DNA of 64,000 nt from Raillietiella orientalis. Its lineage: Eukaryota. Positions 26,101 to 41,459 of this stretch are shown one piece after another. The stretch is from NCBI GenBank assembly GCA_036172245.1, contig JAYWIR010000077.1:186001-250000 (forward strand). The letters are read 5' to 3'. How positions within the stretch are numbered: the stretch's first letter is position 1; each line of letters begins with the position of its first letter. Position numbers and translations under genes: made by a program. The notes beneath the pieces are model-generated. The model was not told where the DNA came from and did not search any database. It was given only the letters and a program-made list of their open reading frames with translations.

Positions 26101-29100
26101 AGTGCAGAAGCGTGAGCACCACCACAAGCAAAAAGGGACTTGCTCTTGCAGCGCAAGGACTGAGGATCAGAAGTATTACCCACAACCCTTACCCTCCTAT
26201 CATCATTAATTTATTTTTATCTGTTTTTTTCCCTCCTTTAGTGACTCCACACATATACCTGCATTGGACAGACACTATTCCCTCCCACTATCTCTTTGAA
26301 ATTCTAGTAGGAACTCGGTTTCTAATGTGGGTATTTGATAAATAAATGCCCTGCCTCGATATTTTCATCCCGAAATGCCTGATTATCTCTTCAATATAAA
26401 TAAATAACATACAAAAGTTTGAAACAAGTGGGATGAATCAGAGACGGGTATTTCTTATAAGCATAGATCTGCAAGCACTTAACGAAAGTATCGGAACCTC
26501 ATCGGAATTAGAGAGGAAGTTGAGGAAGAAACCAAAAAATAAGGTGAGATAGATCAGTATCAGAGCGATAAATACGATTCCCAAGGGCCTGACTATCAGG
26601 CTGAGAAAGGAGAGGAACTGGATCACTATTATCGGTTACGACCTAGTGTCTCCACAACCGCCCTGTGGCTCCTTTTCGTACTTCATTCAGTTTGGGAGGA
26701 GTACCATTTCTCAGCCTTCATGAGAGATTAAGGATTAAGGCCACACCTTCCTTTCATTTGGGCGACCGCTGTTGCTCTCACATGAGTAGGAGATGGCCAG
26801 CAATGAGGCAACTGGCAAGCGCGAAGAGGTGGACATTCTTCTGAGCAGCTCCTGGGCATCATCAGGGAGTTGCAGTGTCCCTGCGATGCGCAGTCATTCC
26901 TGCTGCAGTCAGGCGCATTCCAGAAGCACATGCGGAGGATCTTCCACTATTCCTCAGAGAGTGCATTATTTATGGATCATCCTTTCTGCGGCGTGGTGAC
27001 GCTCCCCGTTAGAGGAGACTCCAGTGCACCACTGCGATGGCGGTGTGCTGGTTCGACAACCAGAGCATCTGCTATTGTAAAATTGTTTAGAGACGCAGTT
27101 GAGAGATAGGCCTCGATACACTTTCTGTTTCCTCTGTCCTTGCTCATTCCAGAGCCGTGCTAAATGCTCTTTAGTGCAGGTGACCTTCCCAGCATGTCTG
27201 CCATCTTTACTCCGTGGAGGGTCACATCCGGAAATTTCCCCCCCCCCCTGTTTTGTAGGGCTTAATTTGCAGGTTTCAAAGTTTGATTAAAATTATTAAT
27301 ATGCATTATGTGGTAGAGAGCTTTTAATTGGTTAACTATGCACTTAATTATTATGATCTCTAAATCAAATCTGGTATGGAATATATTTATAATAATGTCT
27401 TTGAGAGAGATTTAAGGATATGATTTGATTTAGGAATACCATAAACGCTTACAACATTAGTAAGCACATAATATTCTTTAATATGGTCAAAGAAAATTTT
27501 AAGAAAAAAAAGCTGCGAACCCCTCTCTCGAACTGACTGATTGCAGACCAGGTTTCCATGTCTCAGGGCGGTCCTCGTGGTCAAAACTGCCAGGTCATCG
27601 TGTCTTTCGGTAATCCCAGCTTTATCGCTGACGCATAGTTTGAGGATTTATGTCGTCTTATGGGTTTTTCCCACAAGGCTCACCTCCTGTAACTTGCACT
27701 CGGCGCAGTCCCCGCTAGACGATGCCCACCTCATGAATGAACTACAAATTCGTTGAATCAGTTGTCTACAAATCCGTTGAATGGAACACGCCCTTCCCAA
27801 CGCAAGACATGGGCTTCCCTTGATCTGGGTGCTTTGTGACAGAGCTTGACCACACTGCCTTGCTCTCAGACTAGCGACGGTCTTATTTCTCACATGCATG
27901 CCAAATGCGATTTTTGGCGCTGCCTTTCAAACATCAAACTTGCCGTTTTGAAGAGGAGAAAAAGTTCTCCACGCCGATTCTCACTTGTTTGCCTGTGCAG
28001 AGCAAAGACGTGAAAGAGAGCCAAGAAACCTCCCATCACAAGGAATCGGGAGTCTTTTTCGAAGTCTTCCACCGGATTGGATGGAAGACTCCGAAAGTCT
28101 GGATAAAAGCGGATTCATCCTGTGGTTCAAAGCAGAACAGATTAGTTGTCCACTAACAGTAGGAATGTAGTGGAACGGATAGATGCAGAAATAATAATAA
28201 AAAAAAAAAGCTGCTTGTATCTATACTAATTCTTCATCTCGACTGAGCAGACATTCCCTGTGAATCATTCAAAGAGTAGATTGATTGATGTACTAGCCAT
28301 GATCCTTGAACGGTTCATGTAAAAACGAAGAATAAACGATAGAAGAGATAAAGAGGAATTTGAACGAAATATAGATAGATTCTTAAACTGAATTTGGTGA
28401 AGACAAAAGATCCAGCACAGTACATAAGTAGATGAAAGTGAAGTTCTTTCAGTGCCTTCAACCAGAAAATGGCACAAGCCAAATCCAAAACGAGATTTCT
28501 TCAAATTCTCAGTAAGTCTAAAAATTGATGGCCGAATTCTACAAGGTGTTTATGAACCGCTGAACCTCACCTTTCTCCCTTAACACGAAATGTATAGTTT
28601 CGTCTTCACTCCCCAGGAGATAAAATGATATAGATGGATTCATTTAGAAAAGTCCAGCTCGAGAACTCTTTCATTACGAGGCTATGCCATATGAAGCCTC
28701 TGCATATCTCGAATCGTGCTTGTCCACTCCCTACAAACTCCTCAGGATTCCGTTCAGGGATTCAGGTGTGGCCAAAACCCCTGATAAAAGTCGGCAGTGA
28801 AAAACCAGGTAAAATGATTTGTTCTTCCTTTCCATTCTGTTTTTTTAACAAAAACTTCAATTCAAGAGTTCCAGAGAGATGAAAACTTAGTTTGACAGAC
28901 CAGCACTCCTTCTCAGATTGGAGGCCGGTGAGTGGGAAGATGACAAGTGTGGCAAGAAAAACTGTTTGCCTGGCCACACTGCCTCGAAGCGAGCAAGTCT
29001 TCAGCAAGATACAACAGCAAGCCGATACTAATCATGAGAGGCTGTGTCCCTGCTGAGACACTCTGTTATGACTACTTCAGCATGTGGACACCTGGAAGTC

Positions 29101-29372
29101 CAACAGCTGCCTTGCAGGAAGGCAAGCCTGAGCTGCCCTGTTGGAAAATAATGTAGAATGCAGAACAGTTCCATCTGCTCTCTAGTTTCTATTGACTTGG
29201 GATTTAATTTTTTCGATTCCTCTGATAAGTTGACGTGTGACGTTCTTGGCTGTATAGCTGCTGCAGCTGGCTACAAGAGCATGTCTTCCTGAGGTAAGTT
29301 TTAACTGGTGAACTGAGTTAGACAATTGGACGAATCTATGAGTGCGTGATCATAATAGAATAGTTGAAGTTA

Positions 29373-29410
29373 TCCGCGGTAAGATCTCATACCTGAGATC
29401 TTACTGCGGA
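29373..29410. repeat. 17-bp inverted repeat with 4-nt loop
   Basis: TCCGCGGTAAGATCTCA-TACC-TGAGATCTTACTGCGGA; 16/17 plus one G-T pair. Confidence 0.85.
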
Positions 29411-32400
29411 GGTCGAGAGCTTTTTTTCAAAATTTTTATGCGTACTCTTGAGAGCTTCTATGATTGATTCCTGTATTGCATAACCTTGCAGTTCCTTTCA
29501 CAAACAAGTCTCCATCCCTTGGAGACATTTTTCCATCTCTCTCGTGAATAATGGTTGGCTTTCCTTGGTTCATAGGTTTTTCTCTTGCTATATTTTTTGG
29601 TTCATTTCTAAAGGACATTCTAAGCCTCTAATGGTAATGAGCTTAATGGAAATCTGTTATGTTGACTGTAAACAATGATGAATAAGCATTCAGGGTCATT
29701 CTAAGATCTTTATATTTATGGATAGCTACAAATACAACCATTGTCTACGGATAAAGGGTACACATACTTGAGTACCTACGCAAGAACACAGGACATTTCT
29801 ATTTTCTTAAAAGATTCCTTTACTCTACAAGCTTCTCTTGTCTCTCAACTAGTAAGGCGTGAATCTAATGAATAATCGGAGAGAGAGACAGGCACATAGA
29901 AAGACTGCCTAATGGATTTTTTATGAAAAAAAGAAAATTTCTTTTCTACTGTAAGTCTGATTTCAAGGAAAACCCTCCCTTTCTGATTTCCTTCCCCTTT
30001 CTGGGAAAGAAATCACGTGCAGGAACGCTTCGCAGGAAAAACGAGGTCATGATTTTCAGTGTCCACCGAGATGATGATAGTGTTTCATACCAAGAGAACG
30101 TGCTGTTTTTCAGGTTGTGTCGGATTTATCACTGCGAGCAGCAAAAGTACCAGCATCTTAGGAAAGTGAGCATACCCATAGAGTGAGTGCGAAACCAAAC
30201 CTGACTAGTCCAACAGAAGCAAACTCTGATGTTTGGGACTTTAAGCGGATTCGGGAAACTCTCGAAGGTTCATTCCTTTTCCTCCCCGAATTCAGTGGGT
30301 ATTTATCCCGGATATTGAGACGCGGTGCCGTTCTCGGGTACTTTGCTTCTGTTTGAGTCTTCCAGAGTCAACGATAAGAGCGCTCAAAAAGAAATGAGTC
30401 TCCATACCCGCTCTGGGATAAGGAAATTTCCTCGGAGATCGCTAATAAAAGCTTGTTATCAGGTTCATTCATTTTCTCCATATCTTTTTTTTTTGGTTTT
30501 CACTTTCCCTTGTTCCGTTTGTCTCCGAAAGAGAAGAATGACTCTTTATTCTCACTGCTCCTCAGTCTTCTCTCGTCTACACCTTTTTTGGAAATTATGT
30601 TTCTTGACTGAGGCAGCAAACCATGAAAAGTAGATCCCATGCATTTGTGAGATCTACTTTCCCTCTCAGTCGATTTCGTGTCCATCTATGGTCCAGGTTG
30701 CTGTGTGTTTACTTCCCGAGAAAGTGTCCAGCATTTTCCGAGTAAGAAAATCTTCTGCAGACATGGAAGTGGTCACAAATCCGAACATGAGAGGGACGTA
30801 GTAGACCCCGCAGCGTTACATTTGGCTGAGGTCATTGATAGCTATCAGCAATGAAGGGACCAAAGTCGAGATACTACCATCATCAACTGAATCCGTGCTG
30901 ATCCCTCCTATTGTCAAAAATCAACTACACTTACTATCCCTTTTTCCTCTTTTCTCCAGCTCTGAACATCAATGTTTCGTATGCACAGAAAGTTTTCCTT
31001 CGTGGTCTCTCTAACTATTGGTGTGGCATTATCATCATCCTTATATCACACTTCAACACGAAGAGTCCTCGAGTGCGAAAGCCTCGAGGACTCGGAATTT
31101 TGAGGATTCGCATCAGTCCGTGCTATCTAGATAAACCACTGAAAGCCTTGGTCAGCTCAAAACCAAGAATCCAAACGTTCCAATTCACACATCCATGCTT
31201 TGTTTGAAGCAACCCGCCGGCGGATAAATGTCAAGGCAAGCGATTGGTCTCCTCCACGTACTCTGCAAGCTCTCATGATCAGGCATTACCCTCCTCTCTA
31301 AGCTTGGTTTGCAGAGTCAAGAGCCAGCCCTCGTTATTTGTTATCCCTTTTGTGCCTCTCCTATTCCCGCTCCATGGAAGAGTGTTCTTTCGTACGAAAC
31401 ATATGACTTCTATGGTGATTACCGGTTTCAGCCTGTAACCTACTCATGTGTGAGCACACTGGAAGCCGCCAGTTTTTATCGTTTGAAGGCAGCAAGGCTC
31501 GCGATCTGTTCTGCTGCGTGCTCTGTAAACTCGCATAACCATCATCAATAATCTACAAGGCTGGGGAAACGAGCTACCCACTTCCCTGACCCTTGTTCCG
31601 TTCGCAGACCTATTTTGTGAACATGCGATCAGGTGAGTTTTCCACTTTGTTTATTCTGTCTGATTTCGATTCCTTCCCTGTCACAATTAAGAAGAAAACT
31701 GCATGCCCCATATCATCTTTTTATAAACAAAAATGGCTCTGCAGGACTTGAAAAAAGGCACACTTGGCCGAAAGCACATTCTAGCATTCCTCAGTTCGCT
31801 TCCAGATGGCAGCTTGCACGTTCCGTTTCGATTGAGTAATCGGTGTTTTGATTCGAGAAAAAAATGAACACGCTTCGGGATCGTAATGGGGATGTTGTCA
31901 TGGAACGTGGCTATGAGATAAGAGCGAAATTCTGGAGAAGCGCATCTGCGTCACAGTATCTCGGCTGATGCAACGTTTCTTTTGAACTTGGAACTGCAAT
32001 ACGGTAAGCTTTCTGCTTCGACCTACCCCCACACGTTTCTGAATTTCACTAAAAAACTCTTCTTCAGCTGCGTGCTCTGAATGCCATAGAGTTAAAGCTA
32101 GCAGAACCAATAACCAAGCAGCTTCCTGTTTCCTTTTTGTTAGCTTCTGAGAGGGCTCCGTGGTGAGGTTTGTATGACACATTTTTTCTCGGACAATCTC
32201 CGAGGAGAGCTCAAATTAGGCTCAGAAGTGGTCGTATGTCTTATTCGCAATGACCATAGTTCAAGCTGCCATCACTTTTTTCTGTGCTTTTTCGCCTGGG
32301 AACAAGAATCTGTTCCTCTTTACTGAAGGCTCCTGCTGGAGAAATGTCTTCACCTTCTCAATAAACACAGTCATCATGTTTCGTACATGATGTCCGCGAG

Positions 32401-35400
32401 TCTACTCTTCGTGGGTCAAAACTTCATGAATCTATAGATGGAGTCGAAATCCGGGAGACAGTTCCATGAGGTATCACAATGATGGGCACGTAACCAGTCG
32501 TGCAAGAGGGCACCTGGAGTTTCCTGCTACCACTGAATTAGTTTCTTTCCCATTATGTCGGCTCAAATCATCCTTCCGATGTTCGGCAAAACGGTTTCCA
32601 CCATTTCACCTACCAGTATTCTGGTGCTTCCCCTTCCTGAAATCTCACATGTTCATCCCAACATCCAATTATATTTTCTATCAACAGGATCGTCTACATA
32701 CGCATCTTTGAGGAGTCTATGGATATCTCCTAATGTTTGCGTCTACCTGATAGACCACAACGGTCCTTAACCTGTGCGGACCACTTACCTGTCAGAATCC
32801 ATTTTGAACCGCGAATGGCACCCCCGGCATCTGCTGGAACGCCCTCAAACTGCTTTATCGAATGTGTATAAATCAAGTGCATGAATTTTACATGTTTGAG
32901 GTGATTTCAGACAAGAAAAAAAGGAAAAAAACGATAATCGCAAACTTATTGAGGCCGCAGTAGTTTGAAGTTTTGGTTCCATTTACCTTCAGCGGTTTCA
33001 GCTTTGTCCTTTTACGATGTACAAATCATTGGATATTCATTCAGTAAAAGAACCAAATCTTTGCATATTCACCTCAATGAAACACCGGAGCAGTTTGAGG
33101 AGAACAAAGTCGGGAAAAAGGAAAACAAATTGGGCACCACCGCACCCGCACTAAAATCACAAGAAATGGACTACACGGCCTCTAGATAAGAAAAGAGAAA
33201 GTGTTGATCGCGTATATCAAGAGATACCAAGAGCACCTGAGATGATCACCAAACAACGAATACTTCAGTAGTCCTTGCAAAGCTTTTCTCTGTAATCTTC
33301 AGATAGAATTCAGTATGGAGTAATGCAGATGTGGAAAAACACACACACATTTTTGACTCAGCTGTTTCTATTTCCGTCACAAAAGTTTAGAATTTCACTG
33401 CATAGAATTTCTGCACAAATTTCGAAAATCCTTTGATATCAACATTAATACATTTCAACAATACTCTATTTATTCGATCTTCCATCTTCAATTTCTTTGA
33501 TGTAACAAAAGTGCGTCATTTGAACAAGTGGGTTATTCGAGAATTGCACCATCGTCACGCACGCCGTTCGACTAAGTCCGTTGCCGTTGCCAACAAGCAA
33601 TGTGAATCAGATCTTCTGGAGGTGCTTTATATGAGAATCTTCAATGAATATTCTCAACCGTTGCACGGAAAATTCCAAGTTCGTTACCGGGAGACATGAC
33701 CATCTTGACAACCTCATCAAAGAAGAAGCACGAGGAAAAGGGGCAACCAACCAATTCCAGATGACTTGAAACTTCATCTGGACCTCCGCTCCAGAGAAAA
33801 AACTGAGTCACCCTGCTCAACGTTCCCTGTTCGTATGGGAGCGTAGAGCAGCGTGAAGAATCACGGCAAGAAAAGATCAAATAAAGGGGAGTACCAGCTT
33901 CGTTAAGAGCACTGATGGTGTGACCCCTATGAGCTTCAGACCCGAAAAAGGACGAGGTGCTTAGAAGTGTTCCTTCGAGGAGTTCCTTCGATCCAAGATG
34001 TGTACCTGGTGTATCCCTCTTCCTCTTACCTCTTCTGTGTAATTTTCGAAGTCAGGAAACATGAATCATAAGATGGTGATGTGCACCAATATCCAGTATA
34101 GCTTGAACAGTTGCAGGTGCACATATTGGGTCAGAGACCCGAGGGAACAACTGCCAGAGAGCTTTCTGTAGGATGGCAAGCTAGAGGAAATTGTGAAGAT
34201 TCCCTGCCAACATTCACTGTGGGCACCAGAGCTGGATAGAAACTCCAGAGTACCTAGCTTGCATGATACTAAGAAATGTTCCAGTAATACAGTATGAATT
34301 ATGAAGAGTTTATCTTTTTGTATAGATCATCTGTTCGCCAAGTAGCATTCATCTGATCTGAGAAGTGTATGAATAATATGATCAGTTACCTTCTGCTGTA
34401 TGTGAAGCACCTAAATTTTTCTAAAAGAAAAAAATGCATGTTCATGATTCAATTCCTTAGGAAAGTCATACTGCACTTTGAGACAGTATGGGATTCTTAG
34501 AATACTTAACAAATATGGATTCACATTGTACGATGATCATCATCATCAGCAAATGTGGAATTTTCGTTTCTCTTTTGGACTCGGACTGGCTCTGCCGCGT
34601 CTTCTACAGTGTTTCGGCTTATGACCGTTCGTATTTGTATTTGGTAATTATTTGGGATGAACCTAACTGGAAGAACTGAAGTGTATTCAATTTTAAAAGC
34701 CATAATTGGAAAGAAGATCGAGAAGAGTTATCTCATGGAACAAATAATCGTCCTTTATCATCACCATAAACAACTTGTGGTTTTCCGTTTTGGAATTCCT
34801 GATGCAGAGATTTGATGACAGGTGCAAACGACACTCTTTCAGTTAAAAAGAGAGAAAATTTTCATAGGATTCTAAATATTCCGCACGTTTTTAATTTCAG
34901 GACCTCCATCCTCGGAACTTGATGATGAGAGGAAAAGTATATTCAGCCATCAGAAATCATTCATCTTTTATCAGTGGATCCGAACTAATCCATGCAGATA
35001 TCTCACTCTTATATTTAGGTAGGGAAAATCCAATCTGAATGAAGAGACGGAAAACAAACAGAAAAAAAAGCCAATTGATTCAAGAAAGGGAACCTCAAAA
35101 TTGACAAAGTCAACTGAGTCGAAAATCTGGAATAGCATGTATGTACCAGATTCCTTTACTGCTGAACCTCGCAATAGCTTGCTTTTCTTATACCTGGTTA
35201 AATCTATTATACGTGTTAGCACAATAGTTGAACTCTGAGATGCTTCTTGAAGCACTGTTTTCTTTAACAGCGACCAGAACCGCAAAACAGCAAAAGTATA
35301 ATTGCATTTGCCAAACCTTATACCATCCACATGGTCAACAAGTGGGGCATCGCGAAGATGTATCGTGTGGTGTTCAAAAAATGGCATTCCCAAGGAAACA

Positions 35401-36149
35401 CGATGTTGGTGTTTGACCTTTGAGGAGCCACTTTGTGTCTTGCTTGAAAAATATCATACTGCAAAATCAGATCGAGTTTCTTATGAGTTTTTCATTTTTA
35501 TTTCGTATGAAATTTCTTATTTTTTGTACAGTGGCGAAATTTTTATGAATATTTTTTTTTCTTTCCATTGAAATTTACAATAGATGCATTTGCTGCGCGT
35601 TTGACGTATATATTCGTTTTCGCCAATTTCAATTACGCACTCACAGGTAGACTTTTGAAAAAAACTTATTCGTCATGTTTTTAACAGGTTAAAGAGCTCA
35701 GCTAGGCGATTCTAGCTTTTGGAAAATCTATTGTGCTGCCTGATATTTTCTACTTCTACTGCTCAGTTCTATTTTGGCTTGCCATGTGGCTGTTTACCTT
35801 GTTTTAGGTATTCTTGATTTGATTGCCTAAATATTTGCAGATGTTTCAAACTCCTTTTCAGAATTAGCATTTCGATATCTTCTCTATGAAATCTTTCACT
35901 GGACTGGAAGGGAAGTGTAATGGATAAGTGTCCATTACATTTCCTTTTAGATTCATAAGTGCTGCATCGGGAAAAAGAAAATACCGTCCATAAAGAAATT
36001 CGAACTCAGGAGAACCATGAATTATGATTGATTGAACCATGATTTATTGCTGAGAGTTCCCAATTCATTTCTGGCTGTTAAATGTTAATTGGTGCTCTCC
36101 ATTCGTCGTTAATTTTTGCTGCTCGAGATGTTGGCACTTGAGAGAATTC

Positions 36150-39100
36150 CATTTGATTCATCGTAACCCTGATATCAGAAGTTCTCGTAATGTCGAAAAT
36201 GAGAAATTATGTGCACCACAGTCTTCACGAATACCACATGCCTTTGAATAAGGTGGGTCAAAGAGGTTTGCAGGAAACAAGCAGGAAACGAGAGGTTTCG
36301 TTATATTGGGTATAATTTTTGTCAACTGAAAGTGAGAAAGGAATGAAATCCTCCAGGATTCGTTTTCTTCCAGTTGAGTCCAGCTATCCACGGTTTTCTG
36401 CAGCCACACATTGAGGGAACGGCAGATCTAAAAATGCTTCTCTTACAAGGAGACCATCTGCCTCAGAGGGATGCGAAGGGTTATACCCTGCGGCAGCTTG
36501 CTCGGAAATAGAGACGGCAATCCCTCGCTCCCTCGCAGCACACCGCATTTCCAAAGACGGAGCGCTTTGGAAGATTTGTTCGTGTGTCACCACTGATTTA
36601 CCAAAGCAAGTCTTTACAACCGCGGCTGCAGTGCTAACGTATCCAACGTCTGGGTTTCAAGGCCAGCATTTCGACGTTTGGCCAGTGTTCTCCAGATCTT
36701 TCATATCCTGGAACCCTGGACAAGATTTTCCGAAGAGTATGGACTCTTTACTGTGGGAAACGCACGACAAACAAAAAATACGGAACAAAGGCTCAACAGT
36801 GGTTTTCATCGCTGAAATCTTCTCCTTCAAGATTAATTTGCCATAACAAACTGGAACAGCAGCATTCTCTCTGAATTTCGATGACAGGAAGTCCATACTT
36901 TCATCTTGCAAGAGTTAGTCATGGCACTACGAGGCAGTACTGCTCATGGAGACATCCAAGCACACGTCTGATGCTTGATGAATTAACCCGAAGAACGCTT
37001 TGAACTTGGCTGCTGGAATAAGTGAATTCACAGCCAACAGAAAAGATTCTTGTAAGCCTCCACGGTAGGAGTTCAAGAGCATAAGCTCGGCAGGATTGCC
37101 AGAGTATTTCTATCCGCATTGTGCACCAAATCGAAGCGGATGAAAAATGACGTGAAACTTGAGCTGCCTTCTTGCTTGATGACCCTTCACGTGGATACAG
37201 AGTCAATGGAGAGATTGCTTTAAAAGATTCATCGATGTGTCGCATCATGGAGATGTCAGGAACACCAGAAAGGTGGACAAGACATTCCTAGAGTTCCTAC
37301 ATAGTCGAACGCTTTGCACAGATCGATTGCGATCTCCAGAGTACCCACTGTTCAGCTCCCATATTTTGACATTTGTTTTCCAGGTTGCGGAGAGGTTAGT
37401 TTAGTTAGATTAGTTTCCAGCTCATCTGTTCAAAATAGTTTGGAGAGGCTTGACTTCATTTCACATCCTTTCCCGAGACATGTTGCCGAAGTCCGCATGA
37501 GGGCTATCAAAGACTCCCTAGGATAGAAACACACCTTCCCTTTTGGAAATGGCCGTTTCATCCACTTGGCAGAACGTCGCCAGCGAGAAACAGACGGTAA
37601 GTCTGAACAGGAGTGCATTCTTTCGAGCAGGTTCTAAAGGGTACAGTCAAGGCGTTGGTAGTGTTAGTGCCGTCATATTAGTCCAGTCTCCGTTGTGCCG
37701 CTGCAGATTCTGTAAAGATCCTGTTCATCTTCCTGGAGGAAAGATCAAAAGCTGGCAAGACTTTTTCCACAATGAGCTTCTTCTCCTGGAGCTCCTTGAC
37801 ATTGCAACAGACGATGAGCGCGCGACAAGAAAAGATCGGCATGAACGTGGAAGCGAAGAACACGTGAAAGTTCCAACCTCCATTCAGTGAGCTTCTCGCT
37901 GGGTGGAGGTCTTCAAGAGTTTCCTATCCTTGTGACTTCCCCTGTCAACATCGCATTCGTCTCTTTACTTTGCTCAAGAGGGTCCTGCAGAGAAGTTCTC
38001 GATTTCTTCACCCGATGAGGGCGCTTTCATTTATTTTTACTGTAGCCTTTTCACTGTTAAGAGCTTTTGTCCGTAGACCAAAGACGACATTTAGGTGCCG
38101 TCTTCGACCACTGGAATTTTGGTATCTACTTTGGAGAGGACCGCAGATGGAATTTGCGCAGTCTTTCACGATGAGATGGCCTGCTGGCAGCTGTCATCGG
38201 CACAGGCAAGCTCGTGGATGTTACAGATCCGACAAACACGGCGGAGGAAGGATAGTACCACTTCAAGAATAGCTTCCAATATATTTAGACTGGAATAGCA
38301 TCATGCATGTCACATTTTTGTCGAGCGGACTTCCTTTGCTGACCCGCTTTTCGTGCATGAGGCACCCTTCACTTAGCTCATTCCATGCACTCCGAGCCAA
38401 CCTGAGTCTTCCCTAAAACCGTAGAGCAGCGGGTTTCGTTCTGATCACTTCCTTCCTTGATTTTTTCCTCCTTTTTTGAAAACTGTAGGTTCCCGGGTGC
38501 TATAATCATGCGCGGTAAGCAACAGCTGCTTCCCGTTAACGTGCTCAGCACTCGCTGCAGATTTAGAGCACACCTCTTTGGTGTGCTTCATCTGGTGGGA
38601 GATCCGGCACTTGATCGTCGGACACCTCTTTTCCAGGTTTCCCCACTTTCTGCGGTACCCTCACGTTTTCGTCTGGCCCACAAACGGAAGAACGAATTGT
38701 TTAACGTCCATCGTTATTTTACAAGGCTTTTCCCTGCCTCCAAAGGAAACCTCTTTCCACTCCTTCAAGGAATTGCGCTTCTACCAAGGTGTCTGCAAAG
38801 TGACCTGCTCATCGAATTACGCGATGAGATCACGGCCCAGCTGGTGGATTGCCGCTTCATGCCTGTTAGCTCAATACAACCTTCGTAACAGGTGAGAGGT
38901 CGCCAACGATTCGCTGTCGCCGAGCTTCCGATCTTACAAACTGCTCTCTCGGAACCAAGTGAGCACAGAGCGGACTTGGGGCTAGGTGTTCTTGCATCGC
39001 TGCGCTATCCGGAGATCTATCGTTGGACTCCTCAATCGTTGGCAGCTCTCCACGGACGCGACGTAAAGAATGAGGCATCCTCAGCACTTGTTTCGCATTC

Positions 39101-39900
39101 TTACTGGATCTTTTCTTGCAAAGCAGCTTGCTTCGACGTCAGCGATCTCATGATGAATGTTTGCTACAGATCTGAGTTCCTTCCACACTGTCCACAATTA
39201 GCACTGCACGACAAGGAGAGAGGTAGAAAAAGAAAACAAACAATTTGAAGATGATGTACTCGTTAGAATAAACTACGGAGCATCAGGAGAAAAAGCCCTG
39301 TTTGTCATGGCGCGGAGCGACCGAAAAACCCTCTCGACTCCTAGCCAGGTTCGGGAAGCTTGGCATCATTGCCATCGCTTTTCCTCATTGCAATGATGAA
39401 GACTTGATGTATGAAGGGCGACCCCGGGCGACATTTCGTTGCAAGAGTCTGGAGCGCACTTCACACTCGCAAACATGATGGCAGCCAGCTTACACTGGGA
39501 TGACGCTGCAAAAGCGTTGCAGCTGGCAACGTTCAGCTGGATGCTGAATAATACGTGTAGCAGGTTCCGCATAGCGCTTCTTCACCGGAAGCTCTAGCTC
39601 TCCTTCCATGAGTCCATTCAGATTTGAAAGAAAGTCAGAGAAATAAAAGGAGAGCAAATGGCGTCTGCTCCGACACCGGGAGACCAAGGAGGAATGTTGC
39701 CAGCCGCCGGACCGACCGAGTTGCTCTCACTAAAAGCACATCGCTTCCCAGCAATTAGTGCAAGCACCTTCTGAATGGACTGACGGACGGACTGAGTGGG
39801 CAGGCTAAATGCGCTTCATGCTTATGACTGTGGTGCTCAAGGAAGTCTTTTTTCTCCGTTGCGTGCGGTGCACAGTCCACACTTGTCCACACTGAGCACT
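36150..39900 (-). mobile_element. Highly degraded non-LTR retrotransposon, possibly RTE-like
   Basis: IAIDLCKAFDYV (RT DLxKAFD motif) at 37333-37298. It is preceded by a degenerate PKGK...SLIAL...LGK segment and followed by a degenerate KQEGS...F segment. Boundaries are approximate. Confidence 0.5.
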
Positions 39901-41459
39901 TGGTAAGCAGAGCAAAACGCTCACCATCAGATCAGGTCAGAGAGTTCTTCAAGAATTAGAACATTCGAACCCTCCGGAACAGTAGAAAGTAAGGTCACGA
40001 AATAATGATCGCAGTCTAGGGAGCAAGATGGTTTTCGCAGTGAGGCGTTTCCGAATTCCTGCCGTCAAAGATTCGCAAGGTGCGTGGTTAAACGAGCGCT
40101 GAGCGGTGTTCTTGCAGCAGATGATTCGCGTCTTAAACACGTACCTTCGAGTCAAGCACAGGCGTTCGGGCTCTGTCCCGCTGGGGTTTCGGCCACTTAT
40201 ACAATTGGGCTACCAGTCGAGGCGAGCGGGCGCACGTGCCTATAGCTTGCTCGTGCTGTGCTATCGGATGCTGAAGTGAGCGAGTACCGAAATTTGCTAT
40301 GTTAGTATTCATGTTGGTGTTGGAGCTACATGCTTGCGAAGACGAACCAAGAGGAAATTTTAAATCTCGGTGATAGCTTCCACTGAAAGCAATTAGAGAG
40401 TTGGTTCTGCTGCTGCACAATCATCATGGATCTGGTAGAAGGCACCGTTGAAGGACCTCTCTGAATATTGATGGCAGCGAGTGGCTTCTTTTTACTTAGC
40501 TAAGATCAGTGAAATTGCATCAGACCGCGCTGAATTCGGGAGACGGGATATGAAATGATCCCTAAGTCCGCGTATGCTGCAGTTTACGCGTTATGGCATA
40601 AGTCTGTTACCAAATTTGAGGAACCACCCATTGGTTTGACTGTAGTGTGACACTGTGCAGAAGGGAATGGCCTCCACCAACTACAATTACATTGAGATGG
40701 CATCCGTAGATTTGTGGTTTGCTGGAGGCAAAAAGCCTGCGAGAGCTCTAACAAGGAGATTTCAGAAAGAGTTGTCCGACGATACAATGCCAAAAATGTG
40801 ACCAACTAAGACACACCAGAACAGTGTGTCCGAAGAAAGTCTCTAGTGCCACGTAGAAAAGGAAAACTGCGAATGAAAAGACCTCACCCCGCCACAGGCA
40901 CACTCCATTGCGCTGCAAAGAACGGGACCTTGCTTAGGCTATTCTGCTACTCCCACATCGCCGTGCAAATGTTTTGGAATTTCTGGGTTTTTCCCTGTTG
41001 AATTATGGGGATCAGAAACGTTTATCGGTTTCTGTCTGAGCTTGAAAGTGGACGCCTTCTTCCATGGTGTTAGTTTCTCCAAGCCTCTTCCCAAATAGGC
41101 CCTATTTAGAGTGCAGATTTTCTTGAAAGAAGAATACCATTCGGAAACTGAGTACGCTTCATGCATCGAACGTTCGGGAATCTCAGATGCCTCTCCCATA
41201 AAAGTATTTGGACCTTTGCATCCGATATGCTCAGATGTCTACTACAGCATGGAAATTTTTGTTCAGGGATTTCCACAAGTCAGAGGCAATTTTAAAGGTA
41301 CCGATGTTCTGCAGAAATATCGTGTGTTGGAGGATATCGAATCAGCTCCTGCAAAGAGCTGACCGATGAAAATCCAGAAGGTCTGGGGGCAGAAGACTAC
41401 TGATGATTTCCGTCCATTTCAAACCGTAGCTCCTGGCAATAAGGGAATTGAAGTAGTCC

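Noticed and set aside
31898..32182. ORF with a hydrophobic stretch and KR sites resembling a neuropeptide precursor
   Set aside because: No recognisable mature peptide, amidation pattern or supporting gene structure.
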